Made by a program: the position numbers and the translations under genes | The notes under the pieces: model-generated | What the model saw: the letters and a program-made list of their open reading frames with translations, nothing else | The model's database searches: none | Told to the model about the DNA's origin: nothing | Part shown: positions 29,379-38,428 of the stretch, piece after piece | How positions within the stretch are numbered: position 1 is the stretch's first letter | How the letters are laid out: each line of letters begins with the position of its first letter | Origin: a virus | Strand: one strand, 5' to 3' | IMG/VR virus record: IMGVR_UViG_3300042484_001385 | Span: 4,836-68,835 of that record | DNA length: 64,000 bases

Positions 29379-29801
29379 TTACAGATAACGAGCAACCGCA
29401 TTATAGGTGCTTGTATTAACTACTTCCTCATCTGTCATCTTGAGGATACGAATTGCGTTTTCGATTTCCTCTTTCATTTCACGATAAGTATGAGAACCCA
29501 TTTGCTCAAAGTCACGCTCAGGCTCTTTTGGTAGTTCTGATTGTGTAACTGTTAGGTCAAAGTCAATGTTAAGACTATTGTTCCATGAGCGATAGTTAGT
29601 GCGAAAGTTCTCTGCCTTCTTGATGTTTGCTACGGCATAAGCAGAAAGTTCCTTCTGCCACTTTTCTCTTGCCTTTGTGTATTTTGCTTCGTTTGCTTCT
29701 TGATTAGCATAGTTAGTGTTAAGTTCTGCTAACTTAGTCTCAAGTGCCTTGATTACCTTTGGTGTTGCTATCTTTACTGAGATTGCTTTTCCTCTTGCCA
29801 T
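29379..29801 (-). CDS. Hypothetical protein
   Basis: ORF with RBS aagga. Confidence 0.7.
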   Translation of the reverse strand: MARGKAISVKIATPKVIKALETKLAELNTNYANQEANEAKYTKAREKWQKELSAYAVANIKKAENFRTNYRSWNNSLNIDFDLTVTQSELPKEPERDFEQMGSHTYREMKEEIENAIRILKMTDEEVVNTSTYNAVARYL

Positions 29802-29835
29802 GTGGGTCTATTCCTTTACTGTTAGGGGGTGAGTT

Positions 29836-29862
29836 GAGCAGTTTGTATTCATGCTCAGGAAT
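29836..29862 (-). ncRNA. Pseudoknot motif copy
   Basis: rc attc-ctgagcat-gaat-acaaac-tgctc. Confidence 0.6.
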
Positions 29863-29873
29863 TAGTAATTAGA

Positions 29874-30038
29874 TTACTTAGCCGTCCAAGTTGTGTAACG
29901 GGCTGAACCATTAACATCTAACTTTACACGAACATTACCATTTGCTTGTGGCTCAATGGCTACGATTGTTCCTGTGACCTTTGACTTCTGTGTTGTGTAG
30001 AGGTCGCCTACCTTGTATGTTGCTGTTGCTACTGACAT
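29874..30038 (-). CDS. Small beta-barrel-like hypothetical protein (54 aa)
   Basis: Translated by hand: MSVATATYKVGDLYTTQKSKVTGTIVAIE...; RBS aaggag. Confidence 0.65.
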   Translation of the reverse strand: MSVATATYKVGDLYTTQKSKVTGTIVAIEPQANGNVRVKLDVNGSARYTTWTAK

Positions 30039-30356
30039 TTATTTCTCCTTTGTTGTTGTTGTATGTATTAAGTATAACATTTCCTACTGACATTTTTCAA
30101 GTTGATACCTGAATAATCTCACTATGTGGAATTGTTATTTGGTTATACCTAAGTATAGCAAAAAATGTCATAAATCTCAAATTTTGGGGGGGTTTCTGGG
30201 TGTGTCCTTAATCACATCTTAAAGGCGTGACGAAATTTGACAAATAAAAAATTTTGCGCTAGGCGATCTAGGCGCTCCGTTTCACAACGGTGCAGAAAAA
30301 ATAGAAATTAAAAATATTGCAGTTAAAAATAAAATAATTACTTCTTGCATTTCATC

Positions 30357-31079
30357 TCATTTCTTAGTCGCAGAAAAAATTATGTCACTCTTAGAGTATA
30401 CACAAAGTGAGCAAGAAACGCAAGCGCTTCCATTTGTTGAGATAAGTGGAATTTGTTTATTATTCTCAGGACACTTAGCAGCAGGACGGCCAATCATTTC
30501 TTTTACATCGGCTTGACCAATAGCAAAATTCTTAGCAAGGTATGCCATGCGTACGCCACTATTAATTTTTAGGTCAACGGCGGTTTTTACATTCTCACTG
30601 TCTGCAGAGAAATACAATGATAGATTAGTTACATCCTTAAGAATAAGGGCTGCACTCTTCACACGTGTATATACCCAAAATTGAATATCAGGGTGCTTGT
30701 CAATAACTACTTTCCACGCATATGCATAAGTATCGTTAAAGAAGTCTCCGTCCCAATGAATACGGAATAGCATAGGGGCCTCACGCTTTACACAATCAGC
30801 CTTGAAATCAGAAATCATTTCATTAAGTAGGCGGACCATGGTTTCGCCGTCTGCGTCTTTAAGCAGATCCCAATTGTGCAATAGGTTTTTCTTTACTGTC
30901 GGGAATACCTTTTCCAATTTGCCTGCGTAGCAAACACTCTCGCAGACAGACGTTGCGCCAGGACATGAATAAGCCTTTCCTGCGGGTAGTCCGAAGGTGT
31001 TAGCGATACTTGCTTGTTTTCCATTTGGTGTGACAAGATTAGCAACCTTTCTATCTTTAGAGCGTAGTAGTTTAGTCAT
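30357..31079 (-). CDS. GP88-like Cys-containing phage protein
   Basis: FGLPAG..CPGA..C..CYA, FRIHWDGDF, FWVYTR, C..C..C..C. Confidence 0.7.
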   Translation of the reverse strand: MTKLLRSKDRKVANLVTPNGKQASIANTFGLPAGKAYSCPGATSVCESVCYAGKLEKVFPTVKKNLLHNWDLLKDADGETMVRLLNEMISDFKADCVKREAPMLFRIHWDGDFFNDTYAYAWKVVIDKHPDIQFWVYTRVKSAALILKDVTNLSLYFSADSENVKTAVDLKINSGVRMAYLAKNFAIGQADVKEMIGRPAAKCPENNKQIPLISTNGSACVSCSLCVYSKSDIIFSATKK

Positions 31080-31493
31080 TAGTTATAACTCTCCTTGCAG
31101 TTAGCGCAAATGGAATTAAGTTTACAGTAGCATGACTTAGCGCTTGGGCGAATCATGTCTGTCTCATAGTAGTCATCATAGAAGTCAATGGAATCAAATG
31201 TCATGGGGGCACGACCTTTCTTAGTAGTTATTTTTTAAGTATAGCAGTTCGGACTGACATTTTTTACCCTTGCGAGAATAAGCCTTTTTAGACTTGACAG
31301 GGGTAGCCGCATTAGATCGGCGCAATTCCATAAGCCTGCGTAATTCTTCGGGAGTTTTCTTTGTAGTCATAAACTAATCTTAGCATACATGTGGATAAAA
31401 TGTCAAATCTTAAACTGTGATCAATCTCACATCGACGGGCTAGGTAAAATGCCTAGGCGATTTTGTGCAGGGAAGCACACAAAATCACTTTTA

Positions 31494-31733
31494 CTATTCT
31501 TCTTCAATAAAAACATACAACGGAATTAAATCAGTATAAGCATACTGAGTAACTTCCTTTTCACCAAATTCATTTTGTGTTTGTATGTCATAGTTATCGC
31601 CTGTTGAATCGCTTTCAATAAAAATTACTTCAACAATGTCATTGTCAATTTTAATTAAATCACCAAGCATTATTTGGTCTGGTGTTAAATTATCTGCGTT
31701 GATCAATTCCATGCTTACAATTGTATCAGACAT
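31494..31733 (-). CDS. Hypothetical protein
   Basis: ORF in operon. Confidence 0.6.
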   Translation of the reverse strand: MSDTIVSMELINADNLTPDQIMLGDLIKIDNDIVEVIFIESDSTGDNYDIQTQNEFGEKEVTQYAYTDLIPLYVFIEEE

Positions 31734-32003
31734 TTAGTCCTCCTCTGGTAACCAAAAAGATAAGTGGTGTTGTTCAATTACTGCCCACGCTGGCGCATGG
31801 CTCATGCCCTTATAGAATACTCCATCAGGCATAGCAATAAATCGGTCATAGTCCTCATCATAGTATGCATCAATAGCATCAATGCAAGGTTGTACCATGC
31901 TTAGCGGTACGGGTGGATAGTGATTACCCTGTAAGTGATAAGCAATCTGAGTTTCTAAGTCTAATACTGAGTCCTGTATTCCTAACGCTGTTATGCTTCC
32001 CAT
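31734..32003 (-). CDS. Hypothetical protein
   Basis: HLQGNHYPPVP motif. Confidence 0.65.
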   Translation of the reverse strand: MGSITALGIQDSVLDLETQIAYHLQGNHYPPVPLSMVQPCIDAIDAYYDEDYDRFIAMPDGVFYKGMSHAPAWAVIEQHHLSFWLPEED

Positions 32004-32221
32004 TATCGTGTTACCACCATTCCTGTTTTGTAAAAAGTTTTTGTGTGCATTTTGCCTGAAGGTTCAGACAAGTTAATTGTTGAGTATTCTTTAGCAAGTC
32101 CATGGTCAATAAACTTTTGATAACTTTCAACGGCAGATAAAGCGTCACTATAACGCCCTACCCAAGTAGTGGAAGCATCTGAGTCATAGGTACAAGTAAC
32201 TGAGTATAGGTATTCGTTCAT
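32003..32221 (-). CDS. Hypothetical protein
   Basis: TAATG overlaps with neighbours. Confidence 0.6.
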   Translation of the reverse strand: MNEYLYSVTCTYDSDASTTWVGRYSDALSAVESYQKFIDHGLAKEYSTINLSEPSGKMHTKTFYKTGMVVTR

Positions 32222-32412
32222 TAGTTATTCTCCTTATAGTTTTCGTTCATGATACTTTCAGCGTACCATGCACAGTATTCATTTTCAAGCGACACGCCTT
32301 TAGCGCATGAGCAAAACTCTGAGTCAAAGTCCTCGCCACCATTACCAAAAAAGATGACACCCTCATCATAGCAATCTGAGCAATCAAGCAAAAAGTCAAT
32401 TAAGTTTCCCAT
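32221..32412 (-). CDS. Hypothetical Cys-containing protein
   Basis: C..C..C.C. Confidence 0.55.
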   Translation of the reverse strand: MGNLIDFLLDCSDCYDEGVIFFGNGGEDFDSEFCSCAKGVSLENEYCAWYAESIMNENYKENN

Positions 32413-32416
32413 TTAT

Positions 32417-32629
32417 TTATTCTCCAACCCGTACTGATAGAATACGATAAGTGTCCTTTAGATTAAATACTGAAGGATAGTGTGGGCGAACCTGAACACG
32501 ATAACTTTCTAACCCTGAGCCATAAAAGACATCAGACTTTTCTGCATCTATAATTTCGCCTGTTAAAGTGCGTGAGCGATAAGTTTTTCCTACAAGTAGG
32601 CTTTCTATTGTATAGACATTTGCTGACAT
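32417..32629 (-). CDS. Hypothetical protein
   Basis: MSANVY after RBS gagg; first gene of a TGTCAG-promoter unit. Confidence 0.6.
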   Translation of the reverse strand: MSANVYTIESLLVGKTYRSRTLTGEIIDAEKSDVFYGSGLESYRVQVRPHYPSVFNLKDTYRILSVRVGE

Positions 32630-32894
32630 GAGCAACCTCTTTCTTTGTTGTTATTTATTTATCCTACCATTAGGGTCTGACAAACTTTTGTTATTTATTT
32701 TTTCTTACTATGTAAGTTTAGCCTGTTACTGATAATTTATCAACCTACTGCCGAGTAGTCTTAAATAATGAGACGCTCAACCCATGTGATAAAACTCACA
32801 AAATTTCGGGCGTGTCGTAAACAACTTCTTAAATGACCTGTGGATAACTTGGTCTGACCTGTGGAAAACGGCCTAGGCTACCTAGGAAAAATTT

Positions 32895-32922
32895 GAGCAG
32901 TTTTAAATCATGCTCAGGATTT
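32895..32922 (-). ncRNA. Pseudoknot motif copy
   Basis: rc aaatc-ctgagcat-gattt-aaaac-tgctc. Confidence 0.6.
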
Positions 32923-32926
32923 TATT

Positions 32927-33076
32927 TTATTTTAGTCTCTCAGTTCGCAATGCAACCTGCAATCTGCGAATTTCTTTTTCTAATTTGATGTTGTGTTTCC
33001 AAAACGCAATCATCATTCCAACAGATCCAGCGAGTGCAATTACGATTGCGATTAGTGTTCCATTATCTAAAATCAT
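32927..33076 (-). CDS. Small membrane protein (49 aa)
   Basis: Translated by hand: MILDNGTLIAIVIALAGSVGMMIAFWK... Confidence 0.55.
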   Translation of the reverse strand: MILDNGTLIAIVIALAGSVGMMIAFWKHNIKLEKEIRRLQVALRTERLK

Positions 33077-33273
33077 TACACACCTGCCAATTCTTTATAG
33101 CAAGCAATAGCAAATCTGTCAGAGTCAAATCGTGGGTTATCACTTTCAAACATTAGAGAAAATTCATCTACCAAATCAGCAAATAAAATTTCTCCTTGCT
33201 CATCAAAAACAGATGTAGCAAAATAATTGCTAAGAATTTCTGAAACCTTTACATAGTCTTTGCGTGTCATCAT
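33076..33273 (-). CDS. Hypothetical phage protein
   Basis: MTRKDY..DNPRFD.DRF..AC motif. Confidence 0.7.
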   Translation of the reverse strand: MMTRKDYVKVSEILSNYFATSVFDEQGEILFADLVDEFSLMFESDNPRFDSDRFAIACYKELAGV

Positions 33274-33479
33274 TATTCGGCCACCTTTAGGATTGCATAA
33301 GTGCCACGAGCATTTATTTCATCAAGGATTGGAGTAAGCGCAGGCACAAGTAAATCCTTTAGCATACCTTCAAGCATGATGATTAAATCTGAGTGAGGTA
33401 TTGCTAAGGCTTGCTTAGCGATTGGGTGAGTTTCATCAAATTCTGTTACGAATTTTAGTGTGTGTTCTACTTTAGTCAT
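33273..33479 (-). CDS. Hypothetical protein
   Basis: ORF in operon. Confidence 0.6.
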   Translation of the reverse strand: MTKVEHTLKFVTEFDETHPIAKQALAIPHSDLIIMLEGMLKDLLVPALTPILDEINARGTYAILKVAE

Positions 33480-33618
33480 TTATTTTATTTCCTATTCTTT
33501 TAGTTTGATTCGGGAGTGCTAAATAGTTTAGTGCATGAACACTTAACAATTGTTATTGTATCTGATAGCGTTTCGATAGTAGCGAGGGTATCGCATGAGT
33601 CGCATAGAAAGATTTCCA

Positions 33619-33804
33619 TTATAGGCTACGGCTTCCGCGTAGTGTTCCGCTAACGCCTAAAGCGTCACACGATACTTTTACAGATACGCCAACAGGTAAT
33701 TGTGTTGGGTATTGTGAGATGAATTGAGCAACCGCACCTTTTGAGGGCATAGCGATTTTTTTTGTTGAACCGCTAAAGGTTTCAAGTGTTATAGTGTAAG
33801 TCAT
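33619..33804 (-). CDS. Hypothetical protein
   Basis: RBS gaaagg; first gene of a promoter unit. Confidence 0.6.
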   Translation of the reverse strand: MTYTITLETFSGSTKKIAMPSKGAVAQFISQYPTQLPVGVSVKVSCDALGVSGTLRGSRSL

Positions 33805-34277
33805 TTTTGACTACCTTTCGTTTGTTTGTATAGTAAGTTTAACAGATAGGGCTGACAAATTAGGCACTTATTTGCTGAGGCTCATTGTGATACTCGTCAC
33901 ACTTATTTGCTCAGGCTCATTGCTTATTTATCTTTATTTAATTGTTATACCTACAAGGATACCAGAAAAATCTCACAAAATCAAATCGACACGCCGTGTT
34001 CGGGAAAAATAATTGTGTGACCTTAAACACATAAGTTATCCACATCACCCTGTGGAAAACGGCCTAGATCGCCTAGGTAAAAATTGCAGAGTTTTTATTT
34101 CTGCAATTCTTTTTTTATTATGCTCCGTTATGCATCCAAATTACAAAAGCAAATGAAGTCATTGCAATTAAAATTACCAACAATTTATTTCTCCTCAATT
34201 TCATCTAACAATTCCCAAAGTATTGGTTCTAATTCTTTAGATACCAAATCTAATTTTTCTTGAAGTGTTTTCATTTG

Positions 34278-34415
34278 TTAAGCCTCCAATTGCTTATAGT
34301 CAATGACATGAAAGTCTAATTGTCTCTCAAGGGGCATAGCCTTTAGCCATGATAGGGCAGACTCAAAATCATCTGCTTCTACATCAACGAATAACTCAAA
34401 ATTAAAAATAGCCAT
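34278..34415 (-). CDS. Small protein, paralog A1 (45 aa)
   Basis: MAIFNFELFVDVEADDFESALSWLKAMPLERQLDF. Confidence 0.6.
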   Translation of the reverse strand: MAIFNFELFVDVEADDFESALSWLKAMPLERQLDFHVIDYKQLEA

Positions 34416-35277
34416 TTAGTTATTCTCCTTTCTTGTATAGGTAGTCCCATGCCTTACGGCATAACACAATTGAATTGCAATTGTCACAACAGATAACCCC
34501 ATGAGGGTTAAGGTCTAAGTCATACATGTCTATTGTGGTAGTAACCGCACCACATACGGATTTAACTGGTACATAAGTACTCATTTATTTAACTCCTCAA
34601 ATAGTTCTTTGCACTTATTAGGATTTTCCCAATAAGGCTTGCCCTCATGGTAGAGGGCTGGTGATAACACCACTTGACCGCAAGGGCATAAGTTCATCAT
34701 GCCTTTAGGGTAATCGCTTACAGTAGCAAATTTTGTCCAAATACTCATTTAGTCACATACCAATCTGTCCATGTAGGAAATTGCTCAGGGTCACTATCGT
34801 AGTAGTAACGCTCAATGTTGGTATCGCAATTAACGCATAGTGTAAATTGCTCATCTCCAATTTCTGAGATAGCGGAAACAAGAGGCTCATGCGCCTTGCA
34901 TAGTGTGTTTAGTGTAGTCATTTTGACCTACCTTTCATAGTGGATTTCTTTACCACATTTTTTCTTATACTGTAAGTGTAGCATGGGGGTCTGACAAATG
35001 TCTAATCCAAAATGCTATCAATTCGGACATTGTGAGGTGTATCACAAGTGATAAGGGTCACATTTGTATGGTCATAAATAAGAATGACCAATGGTATCGG
35101 TGTGTCGGCTTGACAAAAACGGCCTAGGTAATTTTGCAGGGTATGATCCTGCAAAACTATCATGATTCTTTTTTATTTCTAATAACTATTTGAATACATT
35201 CCTCAACAGCGATGTATGCATTTTGATCATTACTGTTTTTATATTCCCAGTATAAATCTTTTAATTCTTGAATTGTT

Positions 35278-35472
35278 TTATTCATCTTCTTCCTCTTCTT
35301 CTAATGTGCTTTCAAAATCTGACAAGCCTACACGATAAGCAATTGGGTCACACTCTTGCAATATTTGTGAGGGATAAAAAGTCATGTCACCAATCTTATA
35401 GACAGGATATGAGTCATCAAGCATATCATTAAATAATTGCTTAGCAGCGAAAGCCATTTCAAAATCTAACAT
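35278..35472 (-). CDS. Hypothetical phage protein
   Basis: F..MLDD.YP..PSQIL.ECDPIAYR. Confidence 0.65.
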   Translation of the reverse strand: MLDFEMAFAAKQLFNDMLDDSYPVYKIGDMTFYPSQILQECDPIAYRVGLSDFESTLEEEEEDE

Positions 35473-35609
35473 TAGTTTAACTCCAGTTCTGTATAATCAA
35501 CAACAATAAAATCAAGGCGTTCTAAAGGCATAACCTTTAACCATGATAAGGCGGACTCAAAATTATCGTCCTCAATGGTAACGGAAATGTCAAAATTAAA
35601 TACTGGCAT
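35472..35609 (-). CDS. Small protein, paralog A2 (45 aa)
   Basis: MPVFNFDISVTIEDDNFESALSWLKVMPLERLDF. Confidence 0.6.
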   Translation of the reverse strand: MPVFNFDISVTIEDDNFESALSWLKVMPLERLDFIVVDYTELELN

Positions 35610-35775
35610 TAGTTATCTCCCTTTTGTTTTGCAATTGTAAGAATTAACTCTAACTGTTCTGTTGTAAGCAGTGCTGTTGCACAACCCCAAGCAAATGCAA
35701 GTGAAAGTGCGCTATCTTTATAGTGCTCATTGGCAAGAGTGTTTATCTCTTGCACTATCTCAAAATTAGTTTTCA

Positions 35776-35981
35776 TTACTTTGTTACCTTTCTTTCTTTA
35801 CGGATTAACCAAACCCACATGATGATTAGAGGGGTATTTAGAATTATTGCTCCTGCAATAATGTGAAGTATTCCTATAGTTAGGTTCATTAGTTTTCTTC
35901 TTTCTTTAGTAATGAGAGGGCAAGGGCAAGGCTTTGCTTGCGTGTGGCTTCGACATGAGCCTTGTATTCTTCAAGTGTCAT
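35776..35981 (-). repeat. Duplicated mini-gene pair, copy 1 (30 aa + 37 aa TM peptide)
   Basis: MTLEEYKAHVEA (35889-35981) and MNLTIGILHIIAGAIILNTPLIIMWVWL (35776-35889). Confidence 0.7.
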
Positions 35982-36259
35982 TTATTAACGACCTTTCTTT
36001 TCTTTATACTGTAATTGTAGCAGGTAGCACTGACAAAAGATAACTACTGGCGAGTAATTCCATGATGTGAGACGCTCAGAGTATGTGATAAATCTCACAC
36101 GGACGCCCTAGGTAATTTTGCAGGGGATCTGCAAAACTATTTTAAATTAACTAACTGCAATACCTACAATAGTGCAAATAGCAACCGCAACAAATGCGCT
36201 GATTAGTCCTGCTTCTGGATAGTCTTCTACCAAATCGATAAATGATGTAAATGGGTTCA

Positions 36260-36454
36260 TTACTTTACCAACCCTTCGAACCATTGAGAGTATCCACCGC
36301 TAAAGAATACTTCTTCGCCTTGTGCATTAGTAAGCGTTGCAGTTACGAACTCATGTTCATCATTTACCTCTAATACCTCTTTAACAAGATACATGTGGTC
36401 GTTAGAGATAAATAGTTTTCCAACATTAGTTTTATTTATTAGTGAGAGTGACAT
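36260..36454 (-). CDS. Hypothetical protein
   Basis: ORF, TAATG-coupled. Confidence 0.55.
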   Translation of the reverse strand: MSLSLINKTNVGKLFISNDHMYLVKEVLEVNDEHEFVTATLTNAQGEEVFFSGGYSQWFEGLVK

Positions 36455-36805
36455 TAGTTTGTTACCTTACTTTCTTTACGGGCTAACCAAACCCACATGA
36501 TAATTAAAGGTGTATTTAGAATTAGTGCGCCTGCAATAATTTGAAGTAGTGCTATAGTTAGGTTCATTAGTTTTCTTCTTTCATTAGTAAGTAAGCATTG
36601 TTAAGGGGGCGATTGTTATTTGAAAACATGGCTTCAATAACCGCTTTATCTTTTACTGATTGAGCAATTCTTTTTTCTTGTTGCTCTTTTAGAATTCTGT
36701 CAAATGTGCTCATTTGTCTGAGCCTTTCTTTAGTAGGGACATGGCTTGCAAGGTGCTTGCCTTGCGTTGCGCCTCAACGTGCGCCTTGTATTCTTCAAGT
36801 GTCAT
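36454..36805 (-). repeat. Duplicated mini-gene pair, copy 2 with an inserted 48-aa ORF
   Basis: MTLEEYKAHVEA (36710-36805) and MNLTIALLQIIAGALILNTPLIIMWVWL (36454-36567). Confidence 0.7.
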
Positions 36806-37462
36806 TTATTAACGACCTTTCTTTGTTGTTATGCTGTAATTGTAGCAGTTACCACTGACATTTTTGGGACATTCTCGGGCGTGTCGGGAAAGTATTTTTG
36901 TGACCTTAGTCACACGCACACCATACTGAGCCTGCCTCGTCTTGTCCTGTTTCTACCTCACACACATCGCAAAACCATGTGCTGGTAAATGTTACTGTTG
37001 GGTATAGTGCCTTTAGTGTCATGTTATTGACCTTTCTTTTTGTTATACCGCAATTATAGCAGGAGGGACTGACAAATTGCGGGTACTGGAGGGGTGTGTC
37101 GTGCAATTATTTTTGTGATTTACAACACAGGTAGTACCCCATTAGCCTGTGGATAACTTTTCCTAGATTGAAAACGCCTACTGGGGGTGGTAGTAACCCT
37201 ATTGACAAATATGCACTGATGTGTTAGACTTAGATCTATGTGCTCACTATATATTTCATGATTTTATTATATATATACACATCATACATCTGAACAAAAT
37301 ATTCAGATTTTAGGCTATTTAGGTTTTACAAAATTTTTCAGAATTATGCTATAATAGTTTTTATGACAAACGAAACTTATGATGGCCCAATGTGCTGTTC
37401 AGGATGCACCTGTACAACATCCCATAGTTCAAAGCCACCAGCAACCTTAGAAGACTAATATC

Positions 37463-37684
37463 ATGGGTACTGGATTTCTAGATAACGTAGAAAATGCCTG
37501 GGACATAGAAGTAAGACCAGAACCACAAAACCCTAAATTCGAATCAAGTCCTTTCCCATTAATAGATAACATGGGTAGAGAAAAGTTTTGGGAAGATCTT
37601 GGAAGACCAGAAGAAGAGTCTTCTTTGGCTATAAAATTATTTTCAGAAACATGTTGCACAGATTGTAGTTGTAAAAATGGATAG
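37463..37684 (+). CDS. Hypothetical protein with Cys-rich C-terminus
   Basis: ORF; CCTDCSC. Confidence 0.5.
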   Translation: MGTGFLDNVENAWDIEVRPEPQNPKFESSPFPLIDNMGREKFWEDLGRPEEESSLAIKLFSETCCTDCSCKNG

Positions 37685-37843
37685 CGATCAACAAAAACTA
37701 ACTCCTGAGCAAGCACAAGCAATTTTGTTATTTCAAATTGAACAAAGACTTAGACAACATATAGCATTACAGGTTGAGTCAAAATTTCACGGTAAATATC
37801 ACAATGAGTCACACGAAATAGCACAATTCATTCGTAACATAAC

Positions 37844-38041
37844 TTAAACTTCTACTGACTCCCACATACGTATATCTACAAACCCATGTCTAGATAGATC
37901 TGCTAACTCTTGAGTATCTGCTTCAATAACCAATCTTACATTTGACTCAATGTCAAAGCCTGGTTTGTACTCTGTCTTAGCATTTTCTAAATATGTTTCC
38001 TTGATATTCTCAAGAAGTGGTTTGTAATAAAACTTAGGCAA
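37844..38041 (-). CDS. Hypothetical protein
   Basis: ORF in operon. Confidence 0.55.
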   Translation of the reverse strand: MPKFYYKPLLENIKETYLENAKTEYKPGFDIESNVRLVIEADTQELADLSRHGFVDIRMWESVEV

Positions 38042-38232
38042 TTACACCACTATCCTTCAACTTGTCATATATGTTTGACATCATAAAATTAAGGCTTGGT
38101 TGACTTGCATTAATCTGCTTTTCCATATCTTCAGCACTGATTCCAGCCTGAAGACCCATTGCTCTGTTATCTTCATTGATGCTATCTAACATAAGTACAA
38201 TTACTTCTTCTTTTGTCATTTCTTTTACCATT
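38034..38232 (-). CDS. Hypothetical protein
   Basis: MTKEEVIVLM...; start approximate. Confidence 0.55.
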
Positions 38233-38428
38233 TCTCTATTGGACATTTTGCTTCTTGCAATGTGGTTTTCAACTTCATGAAACATCCACACTTCCTACAT
38301 TTTGCAAGTCGTTTATTAAACCACTCACACTCATTACATATTTTTAGACGGGATTCAATGAGTTCACGATTTGATCTTGGTTGATTAGGATCAAATAAGT
38401 CGCTAAACTTAACATCACTCACTTCCAC
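38225..38428 (-). CDS. Cys-rich small protein (DUF6171-like)
   Basis: RLKICNEC..CRKCGCFM.LKT.L..AKCPI.KW. Confidence 0.7.
   Translation of the reverse strand: MEVSDVKFSDLFDPNQPRSNRELIESRLKICNECEWFNKRLAKCRKCGCFMKLKTTLQEAKCPIEKW

Larger units (their letters stand above)
28029..37074 (-). promoter_or_regulatory. Eleven TGTCAG-N10-TAnnnT promoters (PafBC/RecA-NDp-like)
   Basis: + strand CTGACA at 28045, 28719, 29275, 30087, 31254, 32677, 33852, 34991, 36030, 36855 and 37069, each exactly 10 nt from a minus-strand TAnnnT. Confidence 0.8.
26252..37129. promoter_or_regulatory. CRP/GlxR-type palindromes TGTGA-N6-TCACA
   Basis: Perfect at 26252, 31416, 32785, 33886, 35031, 36084 and 36899; one mismatch at 28098, 30201, 34016, 35047 and 37114. 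Confidence 0.8.

Noticed and set aside
28029-37074. TTGTCA read as an ordinary -35 box
   Set aside because: Spacing to the -10 box is far too short for a sigma70 -35 (16-18 nt); it fits a -26 element
24000-37200. LexA SOS boxes (CGAAC-N4-GTTCG)
   Set aside because: No convincing match noticed by eye in the spacers
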